From NCBI GenBank assembly GCA_937975235.1, contig CALJUZ010000001.1:21885-85884 (forward strand): a stretch of 64,000 bases of DNA, written 5' to 3'. Under the pieces are notes generated by a model that worked only from the letters and a program-made list of their open reading frames with translations, was not told the origin of the DNA and ran no database searches. The stretch comes from an uncultured Bacillota bacterium. GTDB taxonomy: Bacteria; Bacillota; Limnochordia; Limnochordales; ZCTH02-B6. This document shows, in pieces, positions 7,570-18,089 of the stretch. The number at the start of each line of letters is the position of its first letter. Within the stretch, counting starts at the first letter, position 1. The translations under genes and the position numbers were made by a program.

Positions 7570-10500
7570 GCGTCGCGTGGCGCCGCCTGACGCTGGCGGG
7601 CTTCGGCCGCTTCGAAAACGAGGTGGAAGTGCAGTTCGGCCCCGGCGCCAACGTGCTTGTCGCCCCCAACGAATCCGGCAAGTCGACGCTGGCCGCGGGC
7701 CTGACGGCGGTCTTGTTCGGCCTGCCCGCCACGGCCAATCCGGACGAGTTCAGCCAGGCCCGCTGGCGCAACTGGAACGAGCCGCCGCGCTTTGAGGGCA
7801 CGCTGGAGTTTTCCGCGGGCGGGGAAGTGTACCGCATCCGGCGGCGCTTCGACACCCACGCGGTCACCGTCTCCCGCCGGACCGACGGCGGCTGGGAGGA
7901 CGTGGTGACCGGCGAGCACAATCCGCGGGCCCGCCGTCCCAACGCCGAGTACGAGTCGTTTCTGCGCCGCACCGTCGGCGTCGCGAGCCGGGATTTGTTC
8001 ACGGCCACCTTCGCCTTCACGCAGCCGCTGCCCGGCGCGGCCCGGCTGGACGAGCACGTGCAGGAGCTTCTGACGGGCGCGGGCGCGGCCCAGTTCAGCC
8101 GGGCGCTGGACGCGCTGGTCAGCGAAGGGCGCCGGCTGACCAAGTTCACGAAGAGCGCGGGCCTGAGTCCCCGCGACGCCGTCAACGACGGCGAGCTGGA
8201 GAAGGTGCAGGCCCGCATCGACGCGCTGCGGGAAGCTCTGGAGGCCAGCCGGGCGGCGGTGGACCGGAGTCAGGCCCTTCAGGAGGACATCAGCCGCGCC
8301 CAGGCCGAGCTGGCCGCGGTCCGCCGGGAGCTGGAGCAGGTAGAGGAGCAAGTCGAGGCCTGGACCCGGTGGCAGCAGCTGCGGGACCAACAGCGGGCCG
8401 CCCTGCAGCAGCAGGCGCAGCTGCAGCGGGCGTGGGACACGTACCGCTCGCTGGAGGAGGAGCTGAAGTCCCGGCGCCGGGCGCTGCAGGAGGAGTTTCC
8501 CGACCTTCTGGGCGCGCCGGAGGGCACCGGGCAGAGGCTGGAAGAGCTGGAGCAGCTGCAGTCCGCCGCGGAGGCTCTGCGCCGCCAGCTGGCCGCGGAG
8601 CTGACCACCCTCAGGCGACGGGCCGGCGAGCTGCTGGCCGAATGGCGGCAGTTCGCGGCGGAGCGGGAGCGCTGGTGGGCCCTGCGGGACCGGCTCCGCA
8701 CCGAGTTCGCGCCTTTTGAGGAAGCCGGGGAGGAGGCCCGGGGCTTCTACGCTTCCTACCGCGCCGCGAAGGCCGCGTTGGAGCTGCAGGCGGAGCAGGT
8801 GCGGGCGGAGCTGCAAAGGCGGGAGGAGGCGCGAGCCGCCCTGGCCCGGGAGCGGGCCCGTTTCGCCGAAGCCTACGGCGATCTGGACGAGCTGGGCGAC
8901 GACGCGGCGGCCGCCGCCGAGGAGCGCGCGCAGCTGCTGGAGGAGCGGGAGCGGCTGGTCCCGGCGCTGGACGCCGCGCGCCGGAAACGTCAAACCGAGC
9001 GCCGGCGTGACATGGCTCTCCGAGCCGCGGCGGCCGTCCTGGGCGCCGCCCTGGCGGCGCTGGCGCCTCTTGCCGACCCGATGCCCGTTTGGCTGCTGGT
9101 CACGGGCTTGTCCCTGGCGGTCCTGGGCGCCGTGGGCCTCCTGCAAACGGCCCGGGCGCCGGTTTCGACGCCCGAAATCGAGGAGCTGACGGCGCGTCTG
9201 CAGGCGGTGGACGACGCGCTGGCGGCTGAAACCCGGCTCGGTTCATACACCGGCCTCGGCATCCCCGACCTCCGCGCGCTGCGGGAACGTCTGCTGGCGC
9301 GGCGGCAGGCCGCCGCGGCGGTGGCCGAGCGCGAAGCCGCGGCGCCCCCGTCGGACCAGGAGCTGCCGGCACGGCTGGAACGGGCCGAGGCGGAGCTGCA
9401 GCGGTTTCTCGACTTGACGGCGCCGGGCCGCGAACGGTTCGGTGACGGCGTCGAGAGGGCCTATGAGCAATGGGCGGCGCTGCGGGAGGAGGAGAGGCGG
9501 ACGCGGCTGGAGCTGCTGTCCTTCAGCCGCCGCCATTTCGGCGTGGAGAGCGTCACGCCTGAAAGCGCGCCGGTGGACGGGCTGGCCGCGGAAGGCATTC
9601 CGGGAGCGTGGCGGGCCCTGGCCCGCATGCTGGAGGACGCGGGCGCGGCGCCGCCGCGGGACGTGGGCCGGCTGGTGGCCGCCGTCGCGGAGCTGGACGA
9701 CGAGCACGTGGCCAAGGCCGCCGCGGCCCGCTTCGAGGTGAGCCCCGAAGCGGAAGGCCTGACCCGGCGCACGGCCGAACTGGCCGCGCGGCTGGAGCCC
9801 GTGCTGCGGGCGGCCGGCGGCGACGTGGGCGGCGCCCGCCGCCGCTGGGCCGAATACGTGCGGCGCGCCGCCGCGGCCGATATGGTGGAGAAGGAGCTGC
9901 GGGGCGTTTTGGCCGGCCAGGGCGCCCAATCCGACGAGGAACTGCACGCCCGCGCGCTGGCCGCGGCCAACGAGGCCCTCGATGCCCGCCGCCGGCTGGC
10001 CGAGCTGGCGGAACGGCACGTGGGGCTGCCGGCGCCCGACGATGACACGGCGCCGGCGGAAGTCCGGGCCGCCATCCACCGGCTCGCCGCCCGCCGCGAC
10101 GAGCTGCAGCGGCGGAAACAAGACACGGAGGAGCGGCTCTTTCAGCTGCGGGAACAGCTGGCCGACGTGGCGGGCCGCACCGTCATCAACGTGGCCGAGG
10201 CCGAGCTGGAGCTGGAAGAGCTGGAGAAGGAACGGGCCCGCCTGGCGCGGGAGGTGGACGTGGTGGCCTTGGCCTACCGGGAGCTGCGCCACGCGGCCGA
10301 CGCGTTTCGCAGCGCCCATCGCGACCGGCTGGCCCGGCGGGCCGGCGAGTACTGGCGGCGTTTCACGGGCCGCGACCGCCGAATCGTGCTGGACGAAAAC
10401 TTCGGCGTGCAGGTGCAGGATCCGGACGGTCCCCGGCACGGGGTGAGCCAGCTGAGCCAGGGCGCCCGGGATCAGCTGTATTTGGCCCTGCGGCTGGCCA

Positions 10501-10694
10501 TCGCGGATCTGGTGGCCGACGACGTCGCGCTGCCGCTGCTGCTGGACGACCCGTTCGTCAACTGCGACGACCGGCGCCTGGCCCGCATCCGGGAGGCGCT
10601 GACGGCGCTGGAAGGGACGCGGCAGATCATTCTTTTCAGCCACCGGGACGTGTTTGCCGGCTGGGGAACGCCGGTGGCGCCGGCGCATGACTAA
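7566..10694 (+). CDS. Rad50/SbcC-like SMC-type ATPase with a central two-helix hydrophobic hairpin (YhaN/SbcE-like)
   Basis: N-terminal Walker A (VLVAPNESGKSTLAAGL). C-terminal signature plus Walker B (LSQGARDQLYLALRLA...LPLLLDDPF). The ~900 aa between them are A/E/R/L-rich and coiled-coil-like. No CxxC hook is present. Two ~20-aa hydrophobic stretches are encoded at nt 9012-9146. Confidence 0.8.
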   Translation: MSVAWRRLTLAGFGRFENEVEVQFGPGANVLVAPNESGKSTLAAGLTAVLFGLPATANPDEFSQARWRNWNEPPRFEGTLEFSAGGEVYRIRRRFDTHAVTVSRRTDGGWEDVVTGEHNPRARRPNAEYESFLRRTVGVASRDLFTATFAFTQPLPGAARLDEHVQELLTGAGAAQFSRALDALVSEGRRLTKFTKSAGLSPRDAVNDGELEKVQARIDALREALEASRAAVDRSQALQEDISRAQAELAAVRRELEQVEEQVEAWTRWQQLRDQQRAALQQQAQLQRAWDTYRSLEEELKSRRRALQEEFPDLLGAPEGTGQRLEELEQLQSAAEALRRQLAAELTTLRRRAGELLAEWRQFAAERERWWALRDRLRTEFAPFEEAGEEARGFYASYRAAKAALELQAEQVRAELQRREEARAALARERARFAEAYGDLDELGDDAAAAAEERAQLLEERERLVPALDAARRKRQTERRRDMALRAAAAVLGAALAALAPLADPMPVWLLVTGLSLAVLGAVGLLQTARAPVSTPEIEELTARLQAVDDALAAETRLGSYTGLGIPDLRALRERLLARRQAAAAVAEREAAAPPSDQELPARLERAEAELQRFLDLTAPGRERFGDGVERAYEQWAALREEERRTRLELLSFSRRHFGVESVTPESAPVDGLAAEGIPGAWRALARMLEDAGAAPPRDVGRLVAAVAELDDEHVAKAAAARFEVSPEAEGLTRRTAELAARLEPVLRAAGGDVGGARRRWAEYVRRAAAADMVEKELRGVLAGQGAQSDEELHARALAAANEALDARRRLAELAERHVGLPAPDDDTAPAEVRAAIHRLAARRDELQRRKQDTEERLFQLREQLADVAGRTVINVAEAELELEELEKERARLAREVDVVALAYRELRHAADAFRSAHRDRLARRAGEYWRRFTGRDRRIVLDENFGVQVQDPDGPRHGVSQLSQGARDQLYLALRLAIADLVADDVALPLLLDDPFVNCDDRRLARIREALTALEGTRQIILFSHRDVFAGWGTPVAPAHD

Positions 10695-10731
10695 GCCGCA
10701 AGAGGAGAGCGGCAGGCAGGGAGGGGCGCGG

Positions 10732-13700
10732 GTGAAGCTGCGGTTTTGGCTCGGCCGGGCCGGGACGGGCAAGACCCATGCGGCGCTGCAGGCCATTCGG
10801 GAGGAGGCCAAGCGAAGTCCCGACGGCCCGCCGGTGGTGCTGCTGACGCCGGAGCAGGCCACGTTCCAGATGGAGCGGGCCCTGCTGACCGGCGGCCACC
10901 TGCGGGCGTCCCACCGGGCCCAGGTGCTGAGCTTTGAGCGCCTGGCCCAGCGGGTCATGCAGGCCGCCGGCGGCGGCGCGCGGCCCCGCCTGGGCGAGCT
11001 GGGCAAGCGCATGGTGCTGCGCGCGCTCATCCAGAAGCACGGCGGGGAACTGAAACTGTTCGGCCGGGCCGCCCGCCGGCAAGGGTTCGTCGACAAGCTG
11101 GCGGCGACGCTGACGGAGCTCAAGCAGTACCGCGTCGGCCCCGACGACCTGGACGCGCGCGCCCGCCGGGCCGCGGACGACCCGGTGCTGGCCGTCAAGC
11201 TGCACGACTTGGCCCTCGTGTACCGTTCCTTCACCGAGTACACCGCGGATCGGTTCACCGACCCGGATGACGTGCTCAGCGTGGTGGCGGGCGTCTTGCC
11301 CGGGTCGGGCGTGCTCACGGGCGCCCGCGTGTGGGTGGACGGGTTCACCGGTTTCACGCCGCAGGAGCTGGCGGTGCTGCGGGCCGTCTGGCAAACGGCG
11401 GAGCGGATGGATATCGCGCTGTGCCTGGATCCCGACCAGGACGACGACTTGTTCGCCCCGACGCGGGAGACGTACGAGCGCCTCCTGAACATGGCCGCCG
11501 AAGACCGCATCGAGGTGGAGGAGCCCGTCGTCTTGGCCGCGGATCCGCCGGCCCGCTTTCGCGCCGTGCCCGAACTGGCCCACCTGGAGCGGGAGCTGTT
11601 CAAGCGGGCGGCCAAGCCCTATGCCGGCGCGCTGCCCTCGCGCGCCCCGGAGCAAGGCGCCGGGGCAGCCGTTGAGCCTCCGCTCAAGATCGTGGCGGCC
11701 GCCAATCCGCGAATCGAGGTGGAAGCCGCGGCCCGGGAAATTTTGCGGCTGTGCCGCGAGCGGGGCTGGCGTTTCCGGGACATGGCCGTCATCGTCCGGC
11801 ATCTGGAGCCTTACAAAGACCTGATAGAGGCCGTGTTTTCACACTACGGCATTCCGTACTTCATCGACAGCCGCCGCTCGCTGTCCCACCATCCGCTGAT
11901 TGAACTGGTGCGGTCGGCGCTGGAGGCCGCGGCGGGGCAGCGGACCGAGGCCGTCATACGCTGCCTGAAGACGGACTTTTTCCCGGTGACCCGGGACGAG
12001 GTGGACCGGCTGGAAAACTACGCCCTGGAGCACGGCATCGACGGACGGGGCTGGATGCAGACCCGGCCGTGGCGCTACGTGCGCCGCTACACGCTGGAGC
12101 CCGAGGAGGCCCGGCCTACGGCGGAGCAGGAGCGGTATCTGGAGGAGATCAACGACATCCGTGATCGCGCGGTGGCGCCGCTGCGCCGCCTGCGCCGGCG
12201 CCTGAGCGAGGCGCGGTACGGCACCGAGCTGGCGGCCGCGGTGTGGCGATTTCTGGAAGACGTGGGGGCGGCCGCGACGCTGGAGCGCTGGATGGCCGAG
12301 GCCGACGCGGCGGGCCGGCCCGACGAGGTGCAGGAACACCGGCGGGCGTGGCAAGGCGTGGTGCAGGTGCTGGACGAGTTCGCCGCCGCGCTGGGCGCCA
12401 CGCAGCCTTCCGTCAGCGAGTTCCGGCAAATCGTGGAGGCGGGGCTGGAAACGCTGCGGGTAGGCATGGTCCCGCCGGGGCTGGACCAGGTCATGGTGGG
12501 CTCGGTGGAGCGATCCCGCCAGCCCGACATCCGCGCCGCGCTGGTTCTGGGCGCGGGCGACGGCCGCTTCCCGCCCGCACCGGCCGAGGACGTCATTTTC
12601 ACCGACGCGGAGCGGCAGCAGCTGGCGGCCATGGACGTGGAGCTGTCGCCCACCAGCCGCGAACAGCTGGTCCGCGAGCAGTACCTGATCTACATTTCGC
12701 TGACGCGCGCCAGCGAGTATTTGTGGCTCAGTTATCCCGCGGCCGACGGCGCGGGCAAAGAGCAGGCGCCGGCGGCCGTGGTGCGGCGGCTGGTGAAAAT
12801 GTTTCCCCATGTACCGGTGGTTTCCGAGCCGGTGGAACCCGCCTCCGACGAGGCGCTGCTGGCGCGCGTCGCGGACCGCGCGGACCTGGCGGCCACGGTG
12901 GCCCGGCGCCTGCGGCGCCACCGCTCGGGCGAGGCGGCGGGGCCGCTCTGGTGGCATCTCTACGACTGGATCGCGCGCGGCGGTCTCGGCGGCGCCGTTC
13001 CTCCGGCGGCGGAGAAGGTGTTCGCCGCGCTGAACCACCACAACGCCGTGCCGCCGCTGGCGGAAGACGTGACCGCGGCCCTGTACGGCCCGGTGCTCCA
13101 AGGCAGCGTGTCGCGCCTGGAGAGCTACGCCCAGTGCGCCTTCAAACATTTCGCCCGGTACAGTTTGCGCCTGCAGGAGCGGCCTCGCTGGGTGCTGGAC
13201 GCCGCCCAGAGCGGCACCTTCGTGCACGCCGCGCTCAAGCTGTTCGTGGAGCGTTTGAGCGGCTCCGGCGCCGACTGGGGGGCCCTGAGCGACGACGAGG
13301 CGCTGGCACTGGCTGATGCGTGCGTGGACAGCCTCATTCCGCACCTGGGCGGCGAGATTTTGCTGAGCTCGGCGCGGCACGGGTTTCTGGCCGGCGTGCT
13401 GCGCCGGGCCGTACGGCGGGCGGTGCTGCTGTTGACCGAGCACGCGCGCCGGGGCCGGTTCCGTCCCGTGCACGTGGAGCTGACCTTCGGCCGCGGCGCC
13501 CGGGGCGTGGAGCCGCTGGTGCTCCTCCTGGAGGACGGCGGGCGGCTGGAGCTGTCGGGTCAAATCGACCGCGTTGACACGGCCGAGGACGGCGGCCGCC
13601 GCTGGGTGCGGATCATCGACTACAAGAGCTCGAAGCGAGACCTGTCCATAACGGAGGTAGCCCACGGCCTGTCCCTGCAGCTGCCGCTCTATCTGGCCGC

Positions 13701-14226
13701 CGTGCTGGAGCTGGCCGAAAGTGGCCGCATCGCGGGCGGCCCCGCGGAGCCGGCGGCCCTTGTCTACTTCCCCGTGCGGGAGACCCTGGTCCGCATCGAC
13801 GCGCCCGTGCCGGAGGAGAAGCTGGAGGCCATGCTGAAGCGGGCGCTCCGCATGCGCGGCTTGTTCATCGATGATCCCGACGTGCTGCGGGCCATGGCCG
13901 ACGACGTGGACGGCGGCTCGCAGCTTCTGAACGTTTCGGTGACGAAACGGGGCCACGTGGACAAGCGCAGCAACACCACCGACGCGGAGGGCTTCGCCGC
14001 GCTCACCGGCTTCGCCCGGCGCAAGGCCGCGGAGCTGGCCCGGAGCATCCGCGCGGGCGACGTCCGGGTCGCGCCCTTCGCCTTGGGCGACGACACGGCG
14101 TGCCGCTTCTGCCCGTACAAGCCCGTCTGCCAGTTCGATCCGCTCCTGGAGGGCAACGGCTACCGCATGCTGGAGGACTGGTCCCGGGACGAAGCCTGGC
14201 AGCGCATCAGGGAGGCGGGATCATGA
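10732..14226 (+). CDS. addB: ATP-dependent helicase/deoxyribonuclease subunit B
   Basis: The track ORF is 10654..14226. Walker A GRAGTGKT lies near the N-terminus. The C-terminal nuclease domain carries the Fe-S cysteines (SYAQCAFKHF...CRFCPYKPVCQF). GTG 10732 is preceded by GGGAGGGG; the alternative ATG 10687 would overlap the upstream stop. Confidence 0.9.
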   Translation: MKLRFWLGRAGTGKTHAALQAIREEAKRSPDGPPVVLLTPEQATFQMERALLTGGHLRASHRAQVLSFERLAQRVMQAAGGGARPRLGELGKRMVLRALIQKHGGELKLFGRAARRQGFVDKLAATLTELKQYRVGPDDLDARARRAADDPVLAVKLHDLALVYRSFTEYTADRFTDPDDVLSVVAGVLPGSGVLTGARVWVDGFTGFTPQELAVLRAVWQTAERMDIALCLDPDQDDDLFAPTRETYERLLNMAAEDRIEVEEPVVLAADPPARFRAVPELAHLERELFKRAAKPYAGALPSRAPEQGAGAAVEPPLKIVAAANPRIEVEAAAREILRLCRERGWRFRDMAVIVRHLEPYKDLIEAVFSHYGIPYFIDSRRSLSHHPLIELVRSALEAAAGQRTEAVIRCLKTDFFPVTRDEVDRLENYALEHGIDGRGWMQTRPWRYVRRYTLEPEEARPTAEQERYLEEINDIRDRAVAPLRRLRRRLSEARYGTELAAAVWRFLEDVGAAATLERWMAEADAAGRPDEVQEHRRAWQGVVQVLDEFAAALGATQPSVSEFRQIVEAGLETLRVGMVPPGLDQVMVGSVERSRQPDIRAALVLGAGDGRFPPAPAEDVIFTDAERQQLAAMDVELSPTSREQLVREQYLIYISLTRASEYLWLSYPAADGAGKEQAPAAVVRRLVKMFPHVPVVSEPVEPASDEALLARVADRADLAATVARRLRRHRSGEAAGPLWWHLYDWIARGGLGGAVPPAAEKVFAALNHHNAVPPLAEDVTAALYGPVLQGSVSRLESYAQCAFKHFARYSLRLQERPRWVLDAAQSGTFVHAALKLFVERLSGSGADWGALSDDEALALADACVDSLIPHLGGEILLSSARHGFLAGVLRRAVRRAVLLLTEHARRGRFRPVHVELTFGRGARGVEPLVLLLEDGGRLELSGQIDRVDTAEDGGRRWVRIIDYKSSKRDLSITEVAHGLSLQLPLYLAAVLELAESGRIAGGPAEPAALVYFPVRETLVRIDAPVPEEKLEAMLKRALRMRGLFIDDPDVLRAMADDVDGGSQLLNVSVTKRGHVDKRSNTTDAEGFAALTGFARRKAAELARSIRAGDVRVAPFALGDDTACRFCPYKPVCQFDPLLEGNGYRMLEDWSRDEAWQRIREAGS

Positions 14227-17200
14227 GCGGGGTGCGCTGGACGCCGGCGCAGCAGCGGGCTTTGACGACCCGCGGCCGTCACCTGCTGGTGTCCGCGGCG
14301 GCGGGGTCGGGCAAGACCGCGGTGCTGGTGGAACGCATCGTGCGCCGGATCACGGAGGAAGGCGGGGACATCGATGGGCTGCTGGTGGTGACGTTTACCG
14401 ACGCCGCGGCGACGCAGATGCGGGATCGGATCCGGGAAGCGGTGGAGGAACGCCTGGCGGCCCGTCCCGGCGACACGCACTTAAGCCGCCAGCTCCTGCT
14501 GCTGCCGCGCGCGGACATCGCCACGCTGCACTCGTTTTGCCTGGACGTGGTGCGGCGTCACTTTTACGCTCTCGGGCTGGATCCGAACGTGCGCGTCATG
14601 GACGAGCACGAAGCGCACCTGACCCGGCTGGAAGCGCTGGACCTGGTTCTGGAAGAGGCGTACGACCGCATGGACGAGGACAGGCCCTTCGCGCGCCTGG
14701 TGGACGGGTACGCCGGGCAGGGAGGTGATCAGGCGCTGCAGCGGCTGATGCTGGCGCTGCACGACTACGCGCGCAGCCTGCCGGATCCGGCGGGCTGGCT
14801 GCGGGAGGCGGGCCGGGCGTACCAGCGGCTGGACGAGGCCACCTTTGACGAAACGCCCTGGGCCCGGGAGCTGCAGCTGCACGCCCGCGTCGTCATCGGC
14901 CGCGCCATCCGCCTGCTGGAGCGCGCGCTGTCCCTGGCCTGCGGGCCGGGCGGCGCCGCGGCCCACGCGGAAACCATCGAGGCCGACATCCAGCGGCTGG
15001 AGGGGCTGCGGGAAGCCGCGGGGCGGAGCTGGTCCGCGCTGGCCGCGGCGGCCGAAGCCGCTCTGTTTCCGGGCGCCAAGCGGGCGGCCAAAGACGACGG
15101 CGACCCGGACGTGCGGACCGCCACGCTGGAGCTGCGCAACAAGGCGAAGCGGCTCATGCAGCAGCTGTACGACCGCCTGCTGTCGCGCCCTTTGGCGGAG
15201 CAGCTGGCGGCGCTGCGGGATCTGGCGCCCGTGGCCGCGTCGCTGGTGGAGCACGTCGTCCGGCTGGACGAAGCGTACGCCGAAATCAAGGCGGCCCGGG
15301 GCGTCATCGACTTTGGGGACATCGAGCATTTTTGCCTGAAGCTGCTGGACGACCAGGCCGTCGCGGAGCAAATCCGCAGCCGCTACGACGAAGTGCTGGT
15401 GGACGAATGCCAGGACCTCAACGGCGTCCAGGACGAAATTTTGCGGCGCATCGTCCGCCCGCCCCAACAGGGCGGCGAGCTGTTCATGGTCGGCGACGTC
15501 AAGCAGAGCATCTACCGTTTCCGGCAGGCGGATCCGGGGCTGTTCCTGGAACGCTACCGCCGCGCGTCGCCCGAGGAGGACGCGCCGGAACAGCGCATCG
15601 ACCTGCGGGAGAACTTCCGCAGCCGCCGCGCCATCGTCGACGCGGTCAACTTCATCTTTCGCCAAATCATGACCCCCGGCGCGGCGGAGATGGCGTACGG
15701 CCCCGAGGCCGAGCTGGTTTTCGGCGCGTCCTTCGGCCCGCCGGATCCCGGGACCGGGCGGGGCGGCGACGTGCCCGTGGAGGTCCACTTGCTGGAGAAA
15801 AGCGGCGCGGCCGGCGCCGCGCCCGGCGAGCCCGACGCCGGCGGTGCGGAGGCCGAGGCCGCCGGCGCCGCGGACGACCTGCTGGCGGACATGTCGTCTT
15901 TTCAGCGGGAGGCGGTTCTCGTGGCCCGGCGCATCCAGCAGCTGGTGCGGGGCGGCGAGGCCGTGGTGTGGGACCGGGCCGCGGGCCGCTATCGCCCGGC
16001 CCGCTACGGCGACATCGTCATTCTCCTGCGGACCGTGCGGCACCGGGCCAACGAACTCATCGACGTGCTGGCGCGCATGGACGTGCCCGCGTACGCGGAA
16101 CTGGGCACGGGCTACTTCGCGGCCGCCGAGGTGGAGACCATGATGGCGCTGCTGGCGGTGCTGGACAACCCGCGGCAGGACATCGAGCTGGCCGCGGTGC
16201 TGCGGTCGCCGATGGTGGGCTGCAGCGTGGACGATCTGGCCCGCATCCGGCTCTGCCGGCCGGACGGCGACTTTTTCGACGCGGTCGTGGCCGCTGCGGC
16301 CGCGCCGGAGCTGGGCGAGCTGCAGTCGCGGCTCGCGGCGTTCCTTGGCTTTCTGGAGCAGGCCCGCACCGACGCCCGGCGCATGCCCCTTTCGCGCCTC
16401 GTCTGGCGCCTGCTTCAGCAAACCGGCTACTTTGACTACGTGGGCGCCATGCCCGGCGGGCGGCAGCGCCAGGCCAATCTGCGCGCGCTGCACGAGCGGG
16501 CCCGGCAATTCGACACGTTCGCGCGCCACGGTCTGGCCCGGTTCCTGCGCTTCATCGAGCGCCTGCGGGAAGCGGAGGGCGATCTAGGCACCGCGCCGGC
16601 GGCGGGCGAGGGCGAGGACGTGGTGCGCGTCATGAGCGTGCACAAGAGCAAAGGGCTGCAGTTTCCCATCGTCTTCGTCGTGGGCTGCGGACGGTCGTTC
16701 CAGGACCGGCCCGTCCACCCTGACGCCGCGTTCCAGCAGCATCTCGGCGTGGGCCTGCGCATCGTGGACCCGGAGCGGCGCCTGTCCGAACCGTCGCTGC
16801 TGCACGCGGCCGCCCGGGCCCGCCGCCGGCGGGAGGAGCTGGCCGAGGAGATGCGGCTGCTGTACGTCGCGCTGACCCGGGCCCAGGAGCGCCTGATTCT
16901 GGTGGGCGCAGACGATCTGGAGGCCAAGGCGCCCGGCTGGGCCACCGACCGGCCCGCCCACGTGTGGCCGCTGCCCGACGAGGACTTGCTGGCCGCCGGC
17001 AGCTGGCTGGACTGGCTGGCGCCCGCGTGGATGCGCCATCCCGGAGCCGCGGCGCTGCGGGAGCTGGCGGGCGGGGACGGGCCGCCTTTGCTGGAGGGAG
17101 ACCCCTCCCGCTGGGACTTCCGCGTCTGGACCGCCGACGACTTGCAAGAGGCGGCCGACGACGAGGGCGCCGGGACGGGCGTGCGCGTGTCCTGGCCGAA

Positions 17201-18026
17201 GGTGGCGGCACTGCGGCCTTTGGCGGAGGCCGCGGGCCAGGAGGGCGCGGGGCGGCTGGCGTCCGATGACGCCGGGTTCGCACCCGTCCGCGAGGAGCTG
17301 GAGCGGCGGCTCGCGTGGCGCTACGACCGGGCGCCGGTGGTGGGCCGGCCGGCCAAGCAAGGCGTCAGCGAGCTGAAGCGGCGCTGGGATGACGCGGACC
17401 GGGACGAAAAGGCGCCGGTGGTCAAGCCCGTCATCCAGCTGGAGGAGCGGCCGGCCTTCCTGCAGGAGACCGCGCCGGCCCTGACCCCCGCGGAGCGGGG
17501 TTCGGCGGTGCACCTGGTCATGCAGCATCTGGACTTGGCGGGACCTTTGGCCGCCGGCGACATCGCGCGGCAAATCGCGGCCATGGTGGAGCGGCGGATG
17601 CTGACGCCCGAGCAGGCCGCGGCGGTGGACGTCGCGCCCATCGCGCGCTTTTTCGAGACGCCTTTGGGCCTCAGGCTCCGGTCCGGCGCGAGCCGGGTGC
17701 GGCGGGAAGTGCCGTTCATCATGGCGCTGCCCGCGCTGGAGGCGTACCCGGACCTGGCCGCCGACGCGGACGCGGCCCGGGACGAAATCGTCGTGGTGCA
17801 GGGCATCATCGACGTGCTGCTGCGGGACGGCCACTCGGTGCTTATCGTGGACTACAAAACGGACCACGTGTCCGCGGCCGCGGCGCCGCTGCGGGCCCGG
17901 GCGTACCGGAGCCAGGTGGCCCTCTACCGGCGGGCGGTGCGGGAAATCTACGGCGTGGGGGAGGTGGAGGCCCATCTGGTCTTTCTGACGCCGGGCGTGG
18001 CCGTCCCGGTGCCCGATGGCGAATAG
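14223..18026 (+). CDS. addA: ATP-dependent helicase/nuclease subunit A (UvrD/Rep-type helicase plus RecB-type nuclease)
   Basis: The track ORF is 14100..18026. The ATG at 14223 forms an ATGA overlap with the addB stop. The N-terminus WTPAQQRALTTRGRHLLVSAAAGSGKTAVLVERI matches AddA. The C-terminal nuclease motif is GIIDVLL...VDYKTD. Confidence 0.93.
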   Translation: MSGVRWTPAQQRALTTRGRHLLVSAAAGSGKTAVLVERIVRRITEEGGDIDGLLVVTFTDAAATQMRDRIREAVEERLAARPGDTHLSRQLLLLPRADIATLHSFCLDVVRRHFYALGLDPNVRVMDEHEAHLTRLEALDLVLEEAYDRMDEDRPFARLVDGYAGQGGDQALQRLMLALHDYARSLPDPAGWLREAGRAYQRLDEATFDETPWARELQLHARVVIGRAIRLLERALSLACGPGGAAAHAETIEADIQRLEGLREAAGRSWSALAAAAEAALFPGAKRAAKDDGDPDVRTATLELRNKAKRLMQQLYDRLLSRPLAEQLAALRDLAPVAASLVEHVVRLDEAYAEIKAARGVIDFGDIEHFCLKLLDDQAVAEQIRSRYDEVLVDECQDLNGVQDEILRRIVRPPQQGGELFMVGDVKQSIYRFRQADPGLFLERYRRASPEEDAPEQRIDLRENFRSRRAIVDAVNFIFRQIMTPGAAEMAYGPEAELVFGASFGPPDPGTGRGGDVPVEVHLLEKSGAAGAAPGEPDAGGAEAEAAGAADDLLADMSSFQREAVLVARRIQQLVRGGEAVVWDRAAGRYRPARYGDIVILLRTVRHRANELIDVLARMDVPAYAELGTGYFAAAEVETMMALLAVLDNPRQDIELAAVLRSPMVGCSVDDLARIRLCRPDGDFFDAVVAAAAAPELGELQSRLAAFLGFLEQARTDARRMPLSRLVWRLLQQTGYFDYVGAMPGGRQRQANLRALHERARQFDTFARHGLARFLRFIERLREAEGDLGTAPAAGEGEDVVRVMSVHKSKGLQFPIVFVVGCGRSFQDRPVHPDAAFQQHLGVGLRIVDPERRLSEPSLLHAAARARRRREELAEEMRLLYVALTRAQERLILVGADDLEAKAPGWATDRPAHVWPLPDEDLLAAGSWLDWLAPAWMRHPGAAALRELAGGDGPPLLEGDPSRWDFRVWTADDLQEAADDEGAGTGVRVSWPKVAALRPLAEAAGQEGAGRLASDDAGFAPVREELERRLAWRYDRAPVVGRPAKQGVSELKRRWDDADRDEKAPVVKPVIQLEERPAFLQETAPALTPAERGSAVHLVMQHLDLAGPLAAGDIARQIAAMVERRMLTPEQAAAVDVAPIARFFETPLGLRLRSGASRVRREVPFIMALPALEAYPDLAADADAARDEIVVVQGIIDVLLRDGHSVLIVDYKTDHVSAAAAPLRARAYRSQVALYRRAVREIYGVGEVEAHLVFLTPGVAVPVPDGE

Positions 18027-18089
18027 CGGCCGGCGAGGGGCGACCGGCCGGTGCCGCCCGCCGGGCGTGAGCCCACCGCCCGCCCGTCT

